This document shows, one piece after another, positions 27,673-38,087 of a stretch of 64,000 nt of DNA. Location of the stretch: NCBI GenBank assembly GCA_964359755.1, contig CAYHUB010000002.1, positions 924 through 64,923 of the forward strand, given 5' to 3'. Each line of letters opens with the position of its first letter. The first letter of the stretch is position 1. A model generated the notes under the pieces. The model was not told where the DNA came from and did not search any database. It worked only from the letters and a program-made list of their open reading frames with translations. Origin of the DNA: an uncultured Candidatus Saccharibacteria bacterium (lineage in GTDB: Bacteria > Patescibacteriota > Minisyncoccia > GWC2-36-17 > WO2-46-25). Made by a program: the position numbers and the translations under genes.

Positions 27673-28994
27673 AAAAACTTACTCCCGGATTTATACTTTC
27701 GGCGTATCATCTTTCACTCGCGTATTGCGCCGCGCTGCGGTATTGGTTTCCTTCCGCATCAATGGTGGTGATCGGGGTAACAGGTACGAAGGGGAAGTCG
27801 AGCGTAGTATTTATGCTTGCCAAAATCCTTGAAGAGGCCGGTATAAAAGTCGCCGTGTCTTCTTCGTTGATGTTTAAGATCAACGAGAACGAATGGCTGA
27901 ACCCGTACCACATGACCATGGCGGGGAGGTTTAAGCTTCAGCAGTTTTTATATCAGGCAAAGAACGCGCGATGTACGCATGTGATCATTGAAACGACATC
28001 GGAAGGCATCAAACAGCATCGCCATCGGTTCATTCATTTCGACGTCGCGGTGTTTACCAATCTCACGCCGGAGCATATCGAGGCGCATGGCGGGTTTGAA
28101 AATTATAAAAAGGCGAAAGGAAAGCTTTTTGAAGCGCTCGCGCATGCGAAGAAAAAAACAATCAATGGGAATAGGATTGAAAAAATAGCCGTGGTAAATA
28201 CGGATAATGAGCACGGGCATTATTTCTTACAGTTTCCTGCCGATACAACATACGGATTCAGCGCGCAAGGAACGTGCGTGATGCCGCCGAGCGCGAATCA
28301 TACGTGCGTGTCGGCATCAGCGGTGGACGCGGGGTCCGAAGGGGTGAGTTTTGATGTGGAAACTACGAAATTTCGCATGCATTTGCTCGGGCAATTCAAC
28401 GTGGAAAACGCGCTGTGCGCCGCAGTGACGGCAAAAAGCCTCGGAGTAGCGTTTTCCGTTGCCGCTTCAGCTCTTGCAAAAATAGAAGAGATCCCGGGAA
28501 GGATGAAATTCATACGGGAAGGACAGAGGTTTACCGCGATCATTGATTTCGCGCATACGCCCAGTTCGTTTGAAGGCGTGTTTGCGGTGATGAGGCAGTT
28601 GAAAGATCCGCACGGGAGGATTATTGCGGTGTTTGGTTCCGCGGGCGGGGGAAGGGATAAATGGAAACGGCCGGAGCTTGGAAAGATTGCCGCGCGCGCC
28701 GCAGACCATATTATTCTTACCGCGGACGACCCGTATGAAGAAGACGTAGAGGAGATTTGCGCGGAGATTCAAAAAGGCATTGACAGTGAAGCATTTAAAG
28801 GAAAAGTGGAGGTTATTTCCAATAGGCGGGAAGCGATCAGAACCGCGCTGGGAATGGCGCGATGGAATGATATTGTTTTATTCTTAGGGAAAGGCACCGA
28901 ACAGACGCTTATGATCGGTACCGAAAGCGTTTCATGGAACGAAGAAAGCATCGTAATAGAAGAAATACGCAATATGCTCTATGACCGGAAATGA
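27654..28994 (+). CDS. murE: UDP-MurNAc-tripeptide synthetase (MurE family)
   Basis: IGVTGTKGKSS, FTNLTPEHIEAH, PGRM, DFAHTP, GGRDKWKRPELG and GKG.E. Confidence 0.88.
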   Translation: MVKKIVKKLTPGFILSAYHLSLAYCAALRYWFPSASMVVIGVTGTKGKSSVVFMLAKILEEAGIKVAVSSSLMFKINENEWLNPYHMTMAGRFKLQQFLYQAKNARCTHVIIETTSEGIKQHRHRFIHFDVAVFTNLTPEHIEAHGGFENYKKAKGKLFEALAHAKKKTINGNRIEKIAVVNTDNEHGHYFLQFPADTTYGFSAQGTCVMPPSANHTCVSASAVDAGSEGVSFDVETTKFRMHLLGQFNVENALCAAVTAKSLGVAFSVAASALAKIEEIPGRMKFIREGQRFTAIIDFAHTPSSFEGVFAVMRQLKDPHGRIIAVFGSAGGGRDKWKRPELGKIAARAADHIILTADDPYEEDVEEICAEIQKGIDSEAFKGKVEVISNRREAIRTALGMARWNDIVLFLGKGTEQTLMIGTESVSWNEESIVIEEIRNMLYDRK

Positions 28995-29535
28995 CGCAAA
29001 AGCGATAAAAACATTTTTGTTGTTGCTGGTGGTTCTCGGAGCAGTGATGCTGACGTTTTTTTATACTGTCCGGAAGGAGATGGTTGAGATCAAGCAGGTA
29101 ACGATGCCGCCATCCGCACAAAAAATACAGGCGATCGCATGGGAACAACTTCGTAACGTGAAGGACGATGCGAAAATAGAAGTACGCATGAATAATGCCC
29201 GCGTTATCGCCGAGGTGATGCGAAGCGATGCAAAGCGACAGCAAGGACTTTCAGGAAGAGACGGGCTTCCCGAGAGCGAAGGAATGGTATTTATATTCGA
29301 TCACGAAGAGGCATATTCATTTTGGAACAAAGACATGAAATTCCCCATTGATGTGGTGTGGATGTCAGGCGGTACGGTGGCGGGCGTGTCATCGCTTCCC
29401 GTATATGACGGCACAACACCTGCCATTATCACCGCTCCGTCGCCCGTTGACGTAGTGCTTGAAGTTCCTTTGGGGTTTGCAAGTACGCATGCAATTATGG
29501 TAGAAAATAATGTAGAAATATATGAAACCCAATAA
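28981..29535 (+). CDS. DUF192 family protein
   Basis: [34 protein letters not shown], with an N-terminal TM helix. Confidence 0.88.
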   Translation: MTGNDAKAIKTFLLLLVVLGAVMLTFFYTVRKEMVEIKQVTMPPSAQKIQAIAWEQLRNVKDDAKIEVRMNNARVIAEVMRSDAKRQQGLSGRDGLPESEGMVFIFDHEEAYSFWNKDMKFPIDVVWMSGGTVAGVSSLPVYDGTTPAIITAPSPVDVVLEVPLGFASTHAIMVENNVEIYETQ

Positions 29536-30103
29536 TATCATTTCATTGCTTGTGCTGGTTGCGGTCGCCGGCTCGGGCATTTATTATTTTATGTACCGCA
29601 CCACGCCTCCTCCTATGGAAAAAACAGGAAACATCGTCGTTATCGAAACAGATAAGGGAATTATAAAAGCGGAGCTTCGCGCAGACGCGGCGCCAAAAAC
29701 CGTCGCGAATTTTACCGGGCTTGCCGGGAAAAAGTTTTACGACGGACTTGTGTTTCACCGCGTGGTACCCGGTTTCGTGATCCAAGGAGGCGACCCGAAA
29801 GGAGACGGTACGGGGGGGTCGGGCATGAATGTCCCACTTGAAATCAAGTGCCAAGACGGCACTATGAACGAAGGCAAAGAGGTGGCGTGTCCGGTTGCGC
29901 TTCCGCATAGCGACGGAGCACTTGCCATGGCGCGCTCAAATGATCCTAATTCGGCGAGCTCGCAGTTTTATATCACGCTCGGCGAACAGTCGTTTTTGAA
30001 CGGCAAATACGCGGTGTTCGGATATGTAACGGAAGGAAAAGATATTGCGCGCCTCATAGAGCAGGGGGGTATGATCAAGCGGATATATCTGGAAAATAAA
30101 TGA
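29522..30103 (+). CDS. Cyclophilin-type peptidyl-prolyl isomerase, membrane-anchored
   Basis: [41 protein letters not shown] and YAVFGYV. Confidence 0.95.
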   Translation: MKPNNIISLLVLVAVAGSGIYYFMYRTTPPPMEKTGNIVVIETDKGIIKAELRADAAPKTVANFTGLAGKKFYDGLVFHRVVPGFVIQGGDPKGDGTGGSGMNVPLEIKCQDGTMNEGKEVACPVALPHSDGALAMARSNDPNSASSQFYITLGEQSFLNGKYAVFGYVTEGKDIARLIEQGGMIKRIYLENK

Positions 30104-30843
30104 ATAACAAGGTTGAAAAAACGCTTTCAGTGACCGCGAATAAAGCAGATCTGATCCTGTGGTTTTTGTCGGTGCCTCTTTTACCGATGATCTTTGCGGA
30201 GTTTTTTACAACGCTTTCATCAGACGTAGAACTGTATTTCACGTCGTATTACTTCATTTTGTGGGCGGTGTTCACTGTTGAGTTTTCATCACGTCTTATT
30301 CTTTCAAAGAATAAAATAGGGTATTTGAAAGAAAATTGGATCGATGTGCTGGTGGTGTTCACGCCTGCATTTCGGACGTTTAAAGTGTTCCGGTTTATGC
30401 GCTTTCCCATCATGTTTCTTTCTGAAAGGGTCCTGCGCGCGTTCGGTTCGCTCGGAATCAATTTTTTGTACTACGTTATTTTCGTGACGGTAGTGACGCT
30501 TGTCGGCGCGGACCTCGCTCTTTTCTTCGAGCAGCAATCTCCTGTCTCGGAGATCAAGACATTCGCTGATGCGACATGGTGGGCGATCACGTTTCTTACC
30601 ACCGCCGGCAACAATAGTTATGTGGCGACCACAGGCGCGCGCGTAGTAGGCGTTGCGCTTATGACGATCGGGTTTGCCGTGTTCAGCATCCTCATTGCGA
30701 CCATTGTGTCATTTTTCATGAAAGAACACGCGATGAAGACGGCGCCGAACGAAGATGGTTTGCTTGAAGGTATTAAAGACGAACTTGGCATTGATGAGAT
30801 TATGGAGCGGCTTGAGAGGATAGAAAAAAAGCTCAATGAATAA
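30100..30843 (+). CDS. 6-TM voltage-gated ion channel-like protein with atypical pore
   Basis: S4-like [12 protein letters not shown], pore helix [14 protein letters not shown] and a C-terminal coiled coil. The filter reads TTAGNNSY. Confidence 0.8.
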   Translation: MNNKVEKTLSVTANKADLILWFLSVPLLPMIFAEFFTTLSSDVELYFTSYYFILWAVFTVEFSSRLILSKNKIGYLKENWIDVLVVFTPAFRTFKVFRFMRFPIMFLSERVLRAFGSLGINFLYYVIFVTVVTLVGADLALFFEQQSPVSEIKTFADATWWAITFLTTAGNNSYVATTGARVVGVALMTIGFAVFSILIATIVSFFMKEHAMKTAPNEDGLLEGIKDELGIDEIMERLERIEKKLNE

Positions 30844-30845
30844 CA

Positions 30846-32009
30846 GTGCAAAAAGTTTTACTTATCCATTATCACGAGATGTCGTTAAAAGGGGCAAATC
30901 GCCCCTTTTTTGAACGGATACTGCACAACAACATAAAAAAAGCGCTTCCGAAAGACGCGTATACGACGTGTGAAATGTGCTACGGGAGAATCATGGTCCG
31001 GCTGACGGAGCGCGCGGATGAAGAAGAGGTGCGCTCATGCATCCGCACGGTGTGCGGTATTGCCAATTTCTCGTTTGCATCTCTGCTTGCGTACGATTTT
31101 TCACTGTTGTGCGAGGAGGTGCTTGGCGCGCTTGCCGCGCGTGAATTTACGACATTCCGCGTGACCGCGCGGAGGGCGGATAAGCAGTTTCCGCTCAACT
31201 CACAAGAGATCAATGAACAGCTCGGCGCGCTCATCGTAACAAGACTGGGCAAGCGCGTGAAGCTGGAAAGCCCCGATCTCAACTGCCGCATTGAGATCGT
31301 CGGGAAAAACATTTTTTTCTATGTCGAAAAAGAAAAAGGGTGCGGCGGCCTGCCGGTAGGGTCTTCCGGAAAAGTACTCTCGCTTCTTTCTTCCGGCTTT
31401 GATTCTCCGGTGGCATCATGGAAAATGATGCGAAGGGGGTGCGAGGTCATATTCCTTCATTTTCACAGCTATCCGCACACATTGCAGGCGTCTCAGGAAA
31501 ATGTGCGGGAGATTGTGAAGGTTCTTACAAAATTCCAGCATCGGTCAATCTTGCTCTCTGTTCCTTTTTTGGAAATTCAAAAAACGATCTGTGCGGCTGA
31601 TATTCCCGAAGGGTTGCGGGTGGTGTTGTATCGGCGGTTTATGATGCGCATCGCCGAGCGTATTGCGGGCCAGGAAGAATGCAAGGCGCTTGTGACCGGC
31701 GACTCGCTCGGGCAAGTGGCATCCCAGACGCTTGAAAATATCGTAGTGATTTCTGCCGCAACGACCATGCCGATTCTCCGCCCGCTTATCGGGGAGAATA
31801 AAGATGATATTATTACGACCGCAACCGCTATCGGTACCGCTACGATATCGGCGCAGCCGTACGAAGATTGCTGCAGTCTTTTTGTGCCGGAACACCCGGA
31901 AACGCGGGCAAACATACAGGAGGTGGAACGATGCGAAACGAAATTGGAAATCGAAAAGCTTATCGCTGACGCGGTCGCGGGTATGACGCGCGAAGAAATA
32001 ATTGTATAA
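30846..32009 (+). CDS. thiI: tRNA 4-thiouridine synthase ThiI (no rhodanese domain)
   Basis: EMSLKGANR, THUMP domain, GLPVGSSGKVLSLLSSGFDSPVA, TGDSLGQVASQTL and DCC. Confidence 0.93.
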   Translation: MQKVLLIHYHEMSLKGANRPFFERILHNNIKKALPKDAYTTCEMCYGRIMVRLTERADEEEVRSCIRTVCGIANFSFASLLAYDFSLLCEEVLGALAAREFTTFRVTARRADKQFPLNSQEINEQLGALIVTRLGKRVKLESPDLNCRIEIVGKNIFFYVEKEKGCGGLPVGSSGKVLSLLSSGFDSPVASWKMMRRGCEVIFLHFHSYPHTLQASQENVREIVKVLTKFQHRSILLSVPFLEIQKTICAADIPEGLRVVLYRRFMMRIAERIAGQEECKALVTGDSLGQVASQTLENIVVISAATTMPILRPLIGENKDDIITTATAIGTATISAQPYEDCCSLFVPEHPETRANIQEVERCETKLEIEKLIADAVAGMTREEIIV

Positions 32010-32025
32010 TATTTATATTCTGTTT

Positions 32026-32146
32026 TGGCATGCCCCCACCCTCTTTTCTTTTTTTAATCCACTCACGCCCTTTATTTGTATAATAGTTATTGAGGGGCTG
32101 CGCTTCCGTTAAGATAAAAAAAAGAAAAGAGGGTGGGGGCATGCCA
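32026..32146 (-). repeat. Family B hairpin element, copy 3 (opposite orientation)
   Basis: 30-bp perfect inverted repeat TGGCATGCCCCCACCCTCTTTTCTTTTTTT (32026-32055 / 32117-32146). The core is reverse-complemented (AATCCACTCACGCCC...GGGCTGCGCTTCCGTTAAGATAAAA). Confidence 0.92.
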
Positions 32147-32161
32147 CCGTAAGGTAAAAGA

Positions 32162-33556
32162 ATGATACGCGAATTCAAAAACAAAAAAGTGGTGATCATG
32201 GGGCTCGGGAGCTACGCACAGGGGAGCGGTTTTGCCGCCGCCGCTTTTTTTGCCAAGGCGGGATCAAGGGTGCTTGTCACCGATATGAAGCCCGCTTCTT
32301 TTTTCGCATCTGCGATAACAAAGCTCAAGAAATATCCCCATGTGCGCATGGTGTTTGGAAAACACCGTGAGCAGGATTTTATACAAGCGGACCTTATTAT
32401 TAAAAATCCGGATGTGCCCAAGAGTTCTCCGTATCTTCGCGTCGCGAAAGAATACGGCGTGCCGGTGTGGGATGACTGGACCGTGTTTTTGGCGATAAGC
32501 GACGCTATGATCGTCGGGGTGACCGGCTCAAAAGGGAAAAGCACCACGGCGGTGCTTATCAATGAGATGGTACGCCGGCAGTACCGCTCGCATCTGTGCG
32601 GTAATATCGGCGTGTCGCCGCTTGCGATATGGCAAAAGATACACAATGACGATGTGGTGGTGGCGGAACTTTCAAGCTTTGGCCTGCACGGGTTTGAGAC
32701 GTCGCGCATCAGCCCTCATGTCGCGGTGATCACCAATCTGTTTCCCGAGCATCTCAATAAATATAAAAATATCGGGGAGTATTATAAGGATAAAGAAATA
32801 ATTTTCAGATATCAGAAGAGCGATGATTGGTGCATTGCCAATAGAGATAATGCGGAAACCAAAAAACGCGTCGCACAAGCGAAGTCAACCGTGCTGTGGT
32901 TTTCAAAAAAACCGTTTCGCGGTGATGGCGCGTACATAAAAGATACATCAATTTTCTTTTCGCAGGGAACTGAAAAAACGCGCATATGCGCGGTTTCGGA
33001 TATTCAGCTTCTCGGCGCGCATAATCTCGAAAATGTTCTGGCGGCCGTCTGCGTTGCGATGTGTATGGGCGTGCCACCGAATGCCATACAAAAAACAATC
33101 AAAGAATTTCGCGGGGTTCCGGGGCGCATGGAATTGGTGAGGACGGTGAGGGGAGTTGCGTATTACAATGACACGACGGCAACCATGCCCGAAGCGGCGA
33201 TCGCGGCGCTTGATGTGCTCGCGCACAAGAATGTGATACTGCTTGCGGGCGGCGCCGATAAGAAGCTCAATTACCGCGAGCTTGCGCGCGCGATCAAAAA
33301 GCGCGCACCAAAGCTTGTGCTGTTTAAGGGTGCCGCGACGGAAAAACTTATGCAGGAGCTTGAGAAAATAAAGTACCATAAAATACTCGGCATCGTTACC
33401 GGTATGAAAGACGCGCTCTCCATCGCGCGCGCCGAGGCAAAAAGAGGAGATGTGGTGCTGTTGTCGCCGGGAGCGGCGAGCTTCGGCATTTTTAAGAACG
33501 AATTTGACCGCGGCGATCAATTTTGCGCGCTGGTGAGGAAACTTCCCTCACACTAA
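32162..33556 (+). CDS. murD: UDP-MurNAc-L-Ala--D-glutamate ligase
   Basis: GVTGSKGKSTT, GNIG, AELSSF, YYNDTTAT, AGG.DK and LSPGAASFG.FKNEFDRG. Confidence 0.95.
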   Translation: MIREFKNKKVVIMGLGSYAQGSGFAAAAFFAKAGSRVLVTDMKPASFFASAITKLKKYPHVRMVFGKHREQDFIQADLIIKNPDVPKSSPYLRVAKEYGVPVWDDWTVFLAISDAMIVGVTGSKGKSTTAVLINEMVRRQYRSHLCGNIGVSPLAIWQKIHNDDVVVAELSSFGLHGFETSRISPHVAVITNLFPEHLNKYKNIGEYYKDKEIIFRYQKSDDWCIANRDNAETKKRVAQAKSTVLWFSKKPFRGDGAYIKDTSIFFSQGTEKTRICAVSDIQLLGAHNLENVLAAVCVAMCMGVPPNAIQKTIKEFRGVPGRMELVRTVRGVAYYNDTTATMPEAAIAALDVLAHKNVILLAGGADKKLNYRELARAIKKRAPKLVLFKGAATEKLMQELEKIKYHKILGIVTGMKDALSIARAEAKRGDVVLLSPGAASFGIFKNEFDRGDQFCALVRKLPSH

Positions 33557-35151
33557 AGCGATTTCACCATATAGGTGTCTTTGAGCGTATAGCCGAGTTT
33601 ACCGTAGTAGCCGCGCACGCCAGCACCCGCGATCACTGCCATTTTTTTCATCCCGAACTCTTTTTTTGCGATGTTTTCCGCTTCCGCGAGCAGTTTTTTT
33701 CCGAGTCCTTTATGTTGTTTTCCCCGTGAATGATTTTTTTGCCTGAGCAGAGGTACCACTTCGCCATACGTATGTATCTCGCGTATGAGCGCGGCGCCTT
33801 CGAGCGCGCCGAAAAGCGGCCGCGTGTCTGAAGGAGAGATACGGAGACGGAGGAGCGCGATAAGCTTATCGTTTTTAACGTCTTCGTAAGACAGGAAAAT
33901 TTCCTTGCCGCCCGAAGCATCATAATCCGTTCGCTTTAATTTTACATCGCGCGCTTGTGCGACGGTGTCTTTGATCTCTCTGCACCTGATACAGCGGCAC
34001 GCTATTCCTTGTTCCGCCATTTTTTTGTGAATGACCTGGCGCAGATTTGAAGCGGTGCTTCCCGCTGCGATGCTCGGCGCGGGAATATCGCGGATCACCC
34101 GCACGATACGGCAGTATTCCGGCACATATTGTTTTGCTCTGGTGATAATAGAAATAAGCTGGCGGTCGGTGTACGGGCGGTATAAGCCTTTTTGCCACAT
34201 GCGGTACAGTTTTGTATTTTTAACAACCATGCATGGATAGATCTTGAGCATATCGGGTTGAAAACGCGGGTCGGTAAAAAGCTTTTTGAACATCGCGACA
34301 TCTTTCGCGGGAGTAGAGCCCGGGAGGTTGGGCATCATATGATAATTGATCTTAAACCCCGCATTTTTGAGCAAGGCGGTCGCGTGCGCAACCGCATCGA
34401 TATGATGGCCGCGCTGGGAAATATCAAGAACGTCGTCATACACGCTTTGCACGCCAAGCTCCACGCGCGTGCAACCATAGTGGCGCATGCGTTTTATTTC
34501 GTCTTCGTTCACCCAATCGGGCCGTGTTTCAAGCGTAAGCCCGACGAGCTTATGCGTAGCGTGTCTGCGGTTGTATTCCTGGAGTGACGCAAGCGATGAT
34601 TTTGTTTTTTTGCCCCCGGAATTTTTTTCGTTCAATGCTTCATACAGCCGCGCGATGAATTGTTCTTGGAAGCGGTGGGGGATGGACGACCACGTCCCGC
34701 CGATGACGATAATTTCGATCTTGTCGGTCGCGTGCCCCTGCGCTTTAAGCGCCGCAAGACGGCTGGCGACCTGCCGGTAGGGGTCGAACTCGTTGGCGAT
34801 CGCGCGCATGACCGCGGGCTCGTTGGACAGATAGCTTTTGGGCATGCCGCGCTCGGTTGGGCAAAAGACGCATGCGCCCGGGCACGCGCCGTTGGGTGTC
34901 ATGACGGTGATTGCGGCAATACCCGAAAGCGTCCGCACTTTTCTTTTTACGATGATGCGCGCGAGCGGGGGATTCGGTTTGATTTTTTTTGCGTCGAGGA
35001 GTTTTCCGTATGCGGCAAAAAGCGCAATGTTTGATGCGAGGCCTTCGGTGCCGCCCGCGGCGTGCGCGCGTCTGATCGCCTCGAATGAGGCCTCATCGAG
35101 ATTTTTTTTACGAGACGCCTCAACGATTATTTTTTCAGCTGTTGTTGGCAT
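33553..35151 (-). CDS. elp3: Elp3 family tRNA U34 carboxymethyltransferase (radical SAM + GNAT)
   Basis: VRTLSGIA, CPGACVFCP, PKSY..EPA, ETRPD, VELGVQ, LKIYP, CRCIRCRE, IREIHTYG and QHKGLG. Confidence 0.93.
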   Translation of the reverse strand: MPTTAEKIIVEASRKKNLDEASFEAIRRAHAAGGTEGLASNIALFAAYGKLLDAKKIKPNPPLARIIVKRKVRTLSGIAAITVMTPNGACPGACVFCPTERGMPKSYLSNEPAVMRAIANEFDPYRQVASRLAALKAQGHATDKIEIIVIGGTWSSIPHRFQEQFIARLYEALNEKNSGGKKTKSSLASLQEYNRRHATHKLVGLTLETRPDWVNEDEIKRMRHYGCTRVELGVQSVYDDVLDISQRGHHIDAVAHATALLKNAGFKINYHMMPNLPGSTPAKDVAMFKKLFTDPRFQPDMLKIYPCMVVKNTKLYRMWQKGLYRPYTDRQLISIITRAKQYVPEYCRIVRVIRDIPAPSIAAGSTASNLRQVIHKKMAEQGIACRCIRCREIKDTVAQARDVKLKRTDYDASGGKEIFLSYEDVKNDKLIALLRLRISPSDTRPLFGALEGAALIREIHTYGEVVPLLRQKNHSRGKQHKGLGKKLLAEAENIAKKEFGMKKMAVIAGAGVRGYYGKLGYTLKDTYMVKSL

Positions 35152-35177
35152 TTTAGGATTGATGATACGATGAAAGC

Positions 35178-35900
35178 ATGCACAAGCAGTATGCCAACTA
35201 TCTCATAGAAAAGACAAGAGCGGACTATGACCGCATCGCGTCTGATTTTGACCGGACGCGCGGGTATGTATGGAAAGAGCTGGAGCGGTTTGGAGAATAT
35301 ACGCGGGAAGGACAGAGGGTACTCGACTTCGGATGCGGGAACGGCCGCCTTTTTGAACTGTTCAAAGGAAAGAATATCGCGTATACGGGCATTGATCAGT
35401 CGGGAGGGCTGATTGCACATGCGCGTACGCGGCATGCGAAGGATATCGCGCAAGGAACCGCGCAGTTTATTGAAGCATCGGGCGACACCCTTCCATTTCC
35501 GGACGCATCGTTTGACTGCGTGTTTTCGATTGCCGCGCTTCATCATATTCCTTCTGAAGAAAAGAGAAAAGAATTGCTTCGTGAGTTTGCGCGCGTGATG
35601 AAGCCGGAGGGGCGGCTCATAATCACCGTGTGGAATTTATGGCAGAAAGGGTATCGCGGACTGATCGTGCGCGCAACGCTTAAAAAAATCATCGGGCGGT
35701 CGCAGCTTGATTTTTTTGATGTATTCGTGCCTTGGAAAGACAGCACAGGAGATGTGCAGGCACAGCGATACTATCATTGTTTTTCCTTGTTTTCGCTAAA
35801 ACGGCTTGTACGCCGCGCGGGGTTCCTGCTTTATGAGAGCGGGTATTTTGCGGTGAAAAAGGACAGGGTCAATATTTACGTAATCGCCGCAAAAGAGTAG
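35178..35900 (+). CDS. Class I SAM methyltransferase, Trm9/ALKBH8-like
   Basis: YDRIASDFDRTR..W, VLDFGCGNGR, FDCVFSIAALHHIPS..R, LIITVW, DVFVPWK and RYYHCF. Confidence 0.8.
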   Translation: MHKQYANYLIEKTRADYDRIASDFDRTRGYVWKELERFGEYTREGQRVLDFGCGNGRLFELFKGKNIAYTGIDQSGGLIAHARTRHAKDIAQGTAQFIEASGDTLPFPDASFDCVFSIAALHHIPSEEKRKELLREFARVMKPEGRLIITVWNLWQKGYRGLIVRATLKKIIGRSQLDFFDVFVPWKDSTGDVQAQRYYHCFSLFSLKRLVRRAGFLLYESGYFAVKKDRVNIYVIAAKE

Positions 35901-35915
35901 GATACGAATAATAGT

Positions 35916-36950
35916 ATGACAGCGCCTTCAAGAAATTCTATTGATATCACGTTTGCGTCCATTATGAAGGTGGCGGCCGTTGTGCTTGGGCTGGCGCTCA
36001 TGTATTCCGTAAAAGAGATCCTCGCCTTAGTGTTTCTCGCGATCATTATCGCATCCACTGTTGACCGGTGGGCGAGCTTTTTTGAGCGATACCACATCCC
36101 CCGCATGGGAGGCGTGGCGCTGGTGTATGTTGGGTTTGTCGCGCTTCTTGTCGCAGTGCTGTATTTTATTGTCCCGCCAATCCTTACGGAGGTGAAGCAG
36201 TTGGTGCTCTTTCTTCCTGATTATTATGATGTTGCGGCAAAACAGATCTTTCGTACTACGCGCGGCATTTCGCCCGATTACGCGCGAAGCATGCAGGAAT
36301 TCGCTACGGGGCTTGAAGCGCGCATTACCGGTGTAACGTCGGGCGCATTGTCCGCCGCCGTGGATGTGTTTGGCGGGGTGGTGGCGTTTGGCATGGTGAT
36401 CGTGACCTCGTTTTATCTCGCGATGCAACGCCGAGGCGTTGAGCATTTTTTACGGCTCGTGACGCCCAAAGCGCAGGAGGAATATGTTCTTGACGTGTGG
36501 CGGCGCGTGGAAATAAAGCTGGGGAAATGGCTCGAAGGCCAGCTTCTGCTCGGATGTATCGTGGGAGTCACCGTGTTTGTCGGGCTTTCACTGATCGGCG
36601 TGCCGTATGCACTGCTGCTTGCGCTTGTTGCGGGGATCTTTGAGATCATTCCGATCGCAGGACCGCTGTTTTCCGCGCTCGTCGGCGTTTCTGTTGCGTT
36701 CCTTGTTTCGCCGGTACTCGCGTTTCTTACGCTTCTTTTTTACGGCGCCCTGCAGCAGATCGAGAATCATGTTCTGGTCCCGTTATTTTTAAAAAAGATC
36801 ACAGGGCTTAATCCGGTGGTGGTCATCGTCGCACTGCTTGTCGGCGCAAAGCTCGGCGGCATCATGGGCATGCTTATTGCGGTGCCGCTTGCAACGATAG
36901 GAGGCGAGCTATTGGATGATCTTGCGAAGAAAAAAGCGGGATCAGTATAA
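35916..36950 (+). CDS. AI-2E (PerM/UPF0118) family transporter
   Basis: WLEGQLLL, FEIIPIAGP, QQIENHVLVP, LNP and GIMGMLIAVP. Confidence 0.92.
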   Translation: MTAPSRNSIDITFASIMKVAAVVLGLALMYSVKEILALVFLAIIIASTVDRWASFFERYHIPRMGGVALVYVGFVALLVAVLYFIVPPILTEVKQLVLFLPDYYDVAAKQIFRTTRGISPDYARSMQEFATGLEARITGVTSGALSAAVDVFGGVVAFGMVIVTSFYLAMQRRGVEHFLRLVTPKAQEEYVLDVWRRVEIKLGKWLEGQLLLGCIVGVTVFVGLSLIGVPYALLLALVAGIFEIIPIAGPLFSALVGVSVAFLVSPVLAFLTLLFYGALQQIENHVLVPLFLKKITGLNPVVVIVALLVGAKLGGIMGMLIAVPLATIGGELLDDLAKKKAGSV

Positions 36951-37391
36951 GAGCAGGAAAAGAGAAGCGGCAACGACAAAGATTTCGGTCATAGCGCCAA
37001 GCCATAACGGCGGGCGGGTTCCTATGGGCGTAATGAGTGCGTGCCAGAAGGCATGAAACTGCATGTGGCGGCGAAGATATTTCCCGCGTGAAAATAAATA
37101 GATCGCCAAAAGACCGTCGGGGACAATGCCGAAAAACGCACCCCACACAATAAGCGCTTGTTCTGCGGAGTCAAAACGCTGGAGCGTAAAAAAGATAATG
37201 AAAAGCCCCGCGGCGATATCGGCCGTGATCTTGTATGCGGTTGCTTTTTTTGATGTCATGATGGCATACTCCCAGTGGGGAAGCGCATCAAGGAGATAGT
37301 GGAGTGCGACAGCGCCAAGCGCAAGAAGAACCGGTTGATGGAGAGAGGTTGCCAGCGCGGCACCCGCGAGCATATGGGGAGCAAGGATCAT
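36942..37391 (-). CDS. Membrane-bound metal-dependent hydrolase-like protein
   Basis: PH..AGA, HYLLDALPHWEY, PD and H..FH..H motifs within a multi-TM protein. Confidence 0.65.
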   Translation of the reverse strand: MILAPHMLAGAALATSLHQPVLLALGAVALHYLLDALPHWEYAIMTSKKATAYKITADIAAGLFIIFFTLQRFDSAEQALIVWGAFFGIVPDGLLAIYLFSRGKYLRRHMQFHAFWHALITPIGTRPPLWLGAMTEIFVVAASLFLLLY

Positions 37392-37406
37392 AATTCAGAA
37401 TACATC

Positions 37407-38087
37407 ATGTCACATTTATTTATCGTAGCGACGCCGATAGGGAATTTGGAAGATATTTCTTTCCGCGCTGTGCGGATATTGCAGGAGGCTGATCTGATCC
37501 TCTGCGAAGATACGCGCGTGACAAAAAAACTGCTTGATCGGTATGCCATCAAAAAACCGCTTCAATCATATCATCAACACAGTAAGCTGGCAAAGACAGA
37601 ATACATCGTAGATATGCTTGCCTCGGGGAAAAACATGGCATTGGTTTCCGATGCGGGAACGCCGGGAATATCCGACCCGGGAGGGTTGCTTGTTGAAGCA
37701 GTCGTTAAACGATTGGGAGACGAAGTAACGATCGTTCCGATTCCCGGGGCGAATGCCGCGCTCGCCGCGCTCTCCGTGTCAGGGTTTCCCACGGACCGGT
37801 TTATATTTTTAGGATTTCCGCCGCATAAAAAAGGAAGGAAAACATTTTTTGAAGAAGTAGCGGCTCTACGCGAAACCGCGGTGTTGTACGAATCAAAACA
37901 CAGAATAGAAAAGGCGCTTACCGCGCTCGCCGAGCATGCGAAGGAGAGGAACATCGTGGTTGCGCGAGAACTCACCAAACAATTTGAAACGCTCTATCGC
38001 GGCACCCCGGGGGAGTGTCTTGCCGCGCTGAAAGCCGACGACATGCGCGGCGAATTTGTCGTAGTAATTGCACCAGTAAAAGCATGA
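37407..38087 (+). CDS. rsmI: 16S rRNA C1402 2'-O-methyltransferase
   Basis: LFIVATPIGNLEDISFRA, CEDTRVT, LVSDAGTPGISDPG, ARELTK.FE and RGEFV. Confidence 0.96.
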   Translation: MSHLFIVATPIGNLEDISFRAVRILQEADLILCEDTRVTKKLLDRYAIKKPLQSYHQHSKLAKTEYIVDMLASGKNMALVSDAGTPGISDPGGLLVEAVVKRLGDEVTIVPIPGANAALAALSVSGFPTDRFIFLGFPPHKKGRKTFFEEVAALRETAVLYESKHRIEKALTALAEHAKERNIVVARELTKQFETLYRGTPGECLAALKADDMRGEFVVVIAPVKA

